From IMG/VR virus record IMGVR_UViG_3300048611_000032, positions 1 to 28,834 of that record: a stretch of 28,834 nucleotides of DNA, one strand, 5' to 3'. Shown here piece after piece: positions 25,603-28,834 of this stretch. A model generated the notes under the pieces. That model saw only the letters and a program-made list of their open reading frames with translations, was not told where the DNA came from and ran no database searches. Numbering within the stretch: position 1 is the first letter of the stretch; each line of letters begins with the position of its first letter. This DNA comes from a virus (Duplodnaviria > Caudoviricetes). The translations under genes and the position numbers were made by a program.

Positions 25603-26523
25603 TTACGGACCGTTGCTAGCAAACAGACCACGAGGGTCGGTGTTGCCAACGCTGAACCGCATGTAAGTCGCCGCCTTCGCGTTCTTCGTGTCGAAGTCGT
25701 TGTCCTGATCGAACATCGGCTGATCACGCCAGAAGAACTGCATGCCGTTCGGGCAATTGGTTCGAACGAACCACGCATGCGCAGCGTTGAAGTAGTGGTT
25801 CATCTTGATGCCCTTGGGGAACGCATTCGTTGCCCGCAGGACGTTCAAGGCGTTGTTGGCAGTATCATTCTGCAAAATGCTCTTCAAGATTCGGTTCGCG
25901 TTGAACCATTCCTGACGAGCGATATGCAGCGATTCCGGCATCAAAGAGAACAACAGGCCACGATCAGTCGTCGCGCCCATGATCATGATGCAGATGTCTT
26001 CGAGCGAGGTCTCGGACAAGTCTGCAGCAGGCGTCAAGGCGTTGGAGTAGGTGCCACCAGTTGTATTGACGTGAGATGCGTTGATAAGGCTGAGACCATC
26101 AGCCGACAAGAACACCGCGCCGGTAAAGGCATCGTTGTACAGAGCCGCTGCAACGTTTTCAACCGTCTGGTTGATGGAGAAGGCGTTGCCTTGAGCACGA
26201 CGACGAGAGACCTGTTCGTACAGGTTGTCGCGAAGTTCTTCAAACGTTACCTTATACCCCAACGCGTAAGCGATGTGAGTGTAACGCTGGGTCGGACCCT
26301 GAACTTCAGAATCGTACGAGATTCCTGCGCCTTCAGCCTTCGCCGGAGCTAGACCAAAACCAGTAATCTGAACGTCTTCCTCATACGCCATGCTGGAAGG
26401 CATAACGTCAAAGAGATCAGTGTATTCAGTTGGGTGGGCATTATAGACCTGCCCCCAGAATGCGTGCACCCCAGGCCAAAGGGCTTTCGGGTGACTGCCA
26501 GTTGTAATTACGCCGCCGGGCAT
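25603..26523 (-). CDS. Major capsid protein
   Basis: 306 aa; KALWPGV...YEED..ITGFGLAP.KAEG..ISYD, YALGY.VT.E...DNLY, DG.SL..ASH, DFDT.N.K....RFS.G.TDPRG; strong AGGAG SD. Confidence 0.92.
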   Translation of the reverse strand: MPGGVITTGSHPKALWPGVHAFWGQVYNAHPTEYTDLFDVMPSSMAYEEDVQITGFGLAPAKAEGAGISYDSEVQGPTQRYTHIAYALGYKVTFEELRDNLYEQVSRRRAQGNAFSINQTVENVAAALYNDAFTGAVFLSADGLSLINASHVNTTGGTYSNALTPAADLSETSLEDICIMIMGATTDRGLLFSLMPESLHIARQEWFNANRILKSILQNDTANNALNVLRATNAFPKGIKMNHYFNAAHAWFVRTNCPNGMQFFWRDQPMFDQDNDFDTKNAKAATYMRFSVGNTDPRGLFASNGP

Positions 26524-26545
26524 GGTAAGATACTCCTAAAAAGCT

Positions 26546-26560
26546 GAGATGAGTTGATTG
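26546..26560. repeat. Arm A of a 15-bp long-range inverted repeat (GAGATGAGTTGATTG)
   Basis: Exact reverse complement of 27277-27291. Confidence 0.9.
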
Positions 26561-26587
26561 TGAAAAAGACTGACTGGAGGGAGAAAG

Positions 26588-27208
26588 TTAAGCCGCCGGA
26601 CCAGTGATACCAGTACGATACTGATGGTTGTTGATCATGCACAGCCACTTCGCGTACAGACCGAAGGTGTTCAACACACCCTGTTCGTACTTACGAGCAA
26701 GCCCCAAGAGTTTGAGGTTGAGCGTAGAAGTGTCCGCGACAGACGAACTGTCTACCATCGTGCCAGAGACCAAGACGCCAGTTGCAGGGGCAGCGTAAAC
26801 GATGTTGGCGTTGTCCATGGAATCAGTAGACGCGATCGTCCCACCATCGCCGTCTTCTTGAATTTCAAAGATGACGTTCGGGTCATCGACGACAGCGACA
26901 TAGTAAGGAACAGCCGCTGCGCCGCTTGGCCGAAAGGTCTTTGTCAAGTCCGCCGGGTTGATGTACGGGCCACCTTCAGGGTTAGTGCCAATGGCAACGA
27001 CTACACCGACTGCAGGATCGCCTGCGGTGCCCAGAGTAATTCCCCGGATACCACGTGTCGCGTCTGCAGTCTGATTTAGCCGCACCAGATCGCCGATGTA
27101 AAATGCGTTCGTGTCCGCAGCGGCGATGTAATACTGATTGACCTTACCATCCCAGTCAGAACCGCCGAGGTATTTGACGGGAGACAGGCCACTTGGCTTA
27201 TTAAGCAT
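26588..27208 (-). CDS. Capsid decoration / cement protein
   Basis: NKPSGLSPV...FYIGDLV...VVDDPNVIFEIQ...INNHQ pattern; directly upstream of the capsid gene; GGAGA SD. Confidence 0.7.
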   Translation of the reverse strand: MLNKPSGLSPVKYLGGSDWDGKVNQYYIAAADTNAFYIGDLVRLNQTADATRGIRGITLGTAGDPAVGVVVAIGTNPEGGPYINPADLTKTFRPSGAAAVPYYVAVVDDPNVIFEIQEDGDGGTIASTDSMDNANIVYAAPATGVLVSGTMVDSSSVADTSTLNLKLLGLARKYEQGVLNTFGLYAKWLCMINNHQYRTGITGPAA

Positions 27209-27276
27209 GTGGGTTCTCCAAAAAGTTAAAAAGAGATGTCAACGTAAACATGAGACTTCAACTTACCTCAGCAATC

Positions 27277-27291
27277 CAATCAACTCATCTC
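27277..27291. repeat. Arm B of the 15-bp long-range inverted repeat (CAATCAACTCATCTC)
   Basis: Exact reverse complement of 26546-26560. Confidence 0.9.
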
Positions 27292-27293
27292 GC

Positions 27294-27322
27294 GTTATAG
27301 GATATGCTTGAAAAATTGTCAA
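27294..27322 (-). promoter_or_regulatory. Sigma70-like promoter TTGACA-17-TATAAC facing the decoration and capsid genes
   Basis: -35 TTGACA at 27322-27317, 17-bp spacer, -10 TATAAC at 27299-27294; overlapped by TGCTTGA-N7-TCAAGCA (27305-27325). Confidence 0.7.
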
Positions 27323-27332
27323 GCACAAAGTT

Positions 27333-27881
27333 TCAAGTAACCTTCTTAAGTCCTCGATTCAGCAATCGTCCGCTAGAAGAACCTTGTGCACGGACGTAGG
27401 TGGTAGAGTGGTCGCCGCCGGTCGATCCGGCAACTTGTGTACCAGCAAAGATTGTCTGGATAACTGCAGCGTTACGGTTGTCCAGCAGTTCCCGATCTTC
27501 CTTCCACCATTCTTCTTTGATCTTCATCAGGATCAAACGATCAGGTCGCCCATTTTCACCGCTTTTATTACCTAGAACGCTGACACGAGAGCCTAGGTCG
27601 GTGTTACCTGAGTCGTCAGCGGAGTTAGCTGGATTAGTTTGGTTGAGACGGACTTCAGCCCGATCTACAAACTCATAACCAGCATCGATTGCGTTAGGAA
27701 CGTTTACTTCCAAGAACCAATAAAGAACATAACCTGGGATTGGAGCAGCTTCGAGTTTCCGCCGTGGAACAGACATAGGGATTCGGCGGCGCGGCGGCGG
27801 AGCTGTTGAAGCAGCACTGTTAGCGTTGGCTGGGTTAAGCTCGGCGTTAGCACCGAGGACAGCAGTTTTAGGGTCGGTCAT
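27333..27881 (-). CDS. Head-module hypothetical protein
   Basis: RIPMSVPRRKLE..PIPGY.LYWF...AIDAGYEFV...LILMKIKEEWWKED; between scaffold and decoration genes; TAAGGT SD. Confidence 0.8.
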   Translation of the reverse strand: MTDPKTAVLGANAELNPANANSAASTAPPPRRRIPMSVPRRKLEAAPIPGYVLYWFLEVNVPNAIDAGYEFVDRAEVRLNQTNPANSADDSGNTDLGSRVSVLGNKSGENGRPDRLILMKIKEEWWKEDRELLDNRNAAVIQTIFAGTQVAGSTGGDHSTTYVRAQGSSSGRLLNRGLKKVT

Positions 27882-27899
27882 GTTAAATTACCTTATGTG

Positions 27900-28832
27900 T
27901 TAGCTGTTGAAATAAGTTTGAGTGTAGTGTTTGCGCCAAGCGTTAATGTCTTTAAACGCACGGCCTTCACCTACAACCCAAGCAGATTGCCGCTCGCAAG
28001 CGGCTTTAGCGTCGGCGGGAAGTTCAGAGTAGGACTTACCACTTCCACCTGCTCCACCACTACCACCATTTGAACTTCCATTTCCACCATTTCCGCCAGC
28101 ACCGCCGCTTTCGACTTTACTACCAGCAGCTTGTCGATGCTGAGTAAACATCTTGTTGACTTCTTCAGTTACCTTATCGAAGAAGATTCTGCCTTGCAAA
28201 GCAGCGCCTTCAGGAGAGTTTCTGATCTCACGCCCGATTTCAACTGCGAGAGCAGTTTTGCGGTTGTCAGTCCCAAACCAAGTGTTTTCAGCGTTCCATG
28301 CTTGAAAGATTGGATCGTTGACTGGGTTGGTGGAAGGGTCAGCGCTAGCAGCAGGAGCTTTTTTCTTTCCCTTGGTCGTCGATGCCTTACCGTCTTCACC
28401 AGCACCATCAACCTCAGCTTCAGCTTGCTGAATCGCAGCGGTTTGGTCAGCAATCTGTTCGCCTAGTTCGACTTCCAGATCATGGTTTTCGTCGCGGCGA
28501 GCTTGCGCCTGAGCCCTCAGCAATTCCTTTCGCTTGTCCTTCGCGGCATCGCGGCTGGCTTTAGTATTAAGGTTAGTCAACACATTGATAGATTCTTGCG
28601 CGGCAGTTAGCAAAGTCGTTGTTCTCTGCAACTGTGCTTCCAGCTGTTGAATCTTCGCATCGCTCTTACGGCTATGGCCCTGCAAAATAGGGAGAACTTC
28701 TTCTCCTCTTTTTACAAAATCAGGAGCATCGATCCAGCGATTCGGGTCTCCGCGCCATTGTTCCTTAGGCGACCAGCCCATGCCTTTAGCACGGGTTTCG
28801 ATTTCGGTTCGAGCAGCACCATCGTCGCCGCC
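27900..28832 (-). CDS. Probable scaffolding protein (5'-truncated by window edge)
   Basis: Frame open to the window end (GGDDGAARTEIETRAKGMGW...); coiled-coil middle, Gly-rich linker, short C-terminal helical domain; upstream of the capsid genes. Confidence 0.75.
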   Translation of the reverse strand, partial: GGDDGAARTEIETRAKGMGWSPKEQWRGDPNRWIDAPDFVKRGEEVLPILQGHSRKSDAKIQQLEAQLQRTTTLLTAAQESINVLTNLNTKASRDAAKDKRKELLRAQAQARRDENHDLEVELGEQIADQTAAIQQAEAEVDGAGEDGKASTTKGKKKAPAASADPSTNPVNDPIFQAWNAENTWFGTDNRKTALAVEIGREIRNSPEGAALQGRIFFDKVTEEVNKMFTQHRQAAGSKVESGGAGGNGGNGSSNGGSGGAGGSGKSYSELPADAKAACERQSAWVVGEGRAFKDINAWRKHYTQTYFNS

Positions 28833-28834
28833 GT

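Noticed and set aside
24732-26352. Long + strand ORFs (285 aa and 258 aa) antisense to the head protein and capsid genes
   Set aside because: No recognisable motifs or SD; explained by codon bias of the sense genes suppressing antisense stops.
28035-28110. CCACC/TTCCACC repeats
   Set aside because: They encode the Gly-rich linker of the scaffold protein.
1-28834. Stop-codon reassignment, introns or inteins
   Set aside because: Genes tile the window under the standard code with expected lengths, and no interruption is evident in the polymerase or capsid genes.

Overview
This window is an internal fragment of a tailed dsDNA phage genome with podovirus-like organisation, cut inside a gene at both ends. 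The + strand arm (1-12471) encodes nucleotide metabolism, recombination and replication: ThyX, a MazG-like pyrophosphohydrolase, an RHH-like regulator, a Cas4/AddB-like nuclease, a DUF5664-like dATP/dGTP diphosphohydrolase, a Sak4-like ATPase, a probable SSB, a ParB-methyltransferase fusion, a UDG-family A polymerase fusion and a DUF3987-like ATPase. The - strand arm (12468-28834) is a virion module in P22-like order: scaffold, decoration protein, major capsid, beta-helix head protein, gp4-like adaptor, gp10-like hub, a 2OG-Fe(II) oxygenase, a GNAT, three ejection proteins and a tailspike. I recognised no tRNA, CRISPR, integrase, terminase, portal, primase or lysis genes. Two non-coding signals stand out. 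First, a 29-bp palindrome ACGTnnATAAY-N7-ATTATnnACGT occurs three times, always intergenic and 10-14 kb apart. Second, a perfect 15-bp inverted repeat brackets the decoration gene and links a near-consensus promoter leader to the capsid ribosome-binding site. All family assignments come from motif recognition by eye; no database search was run.
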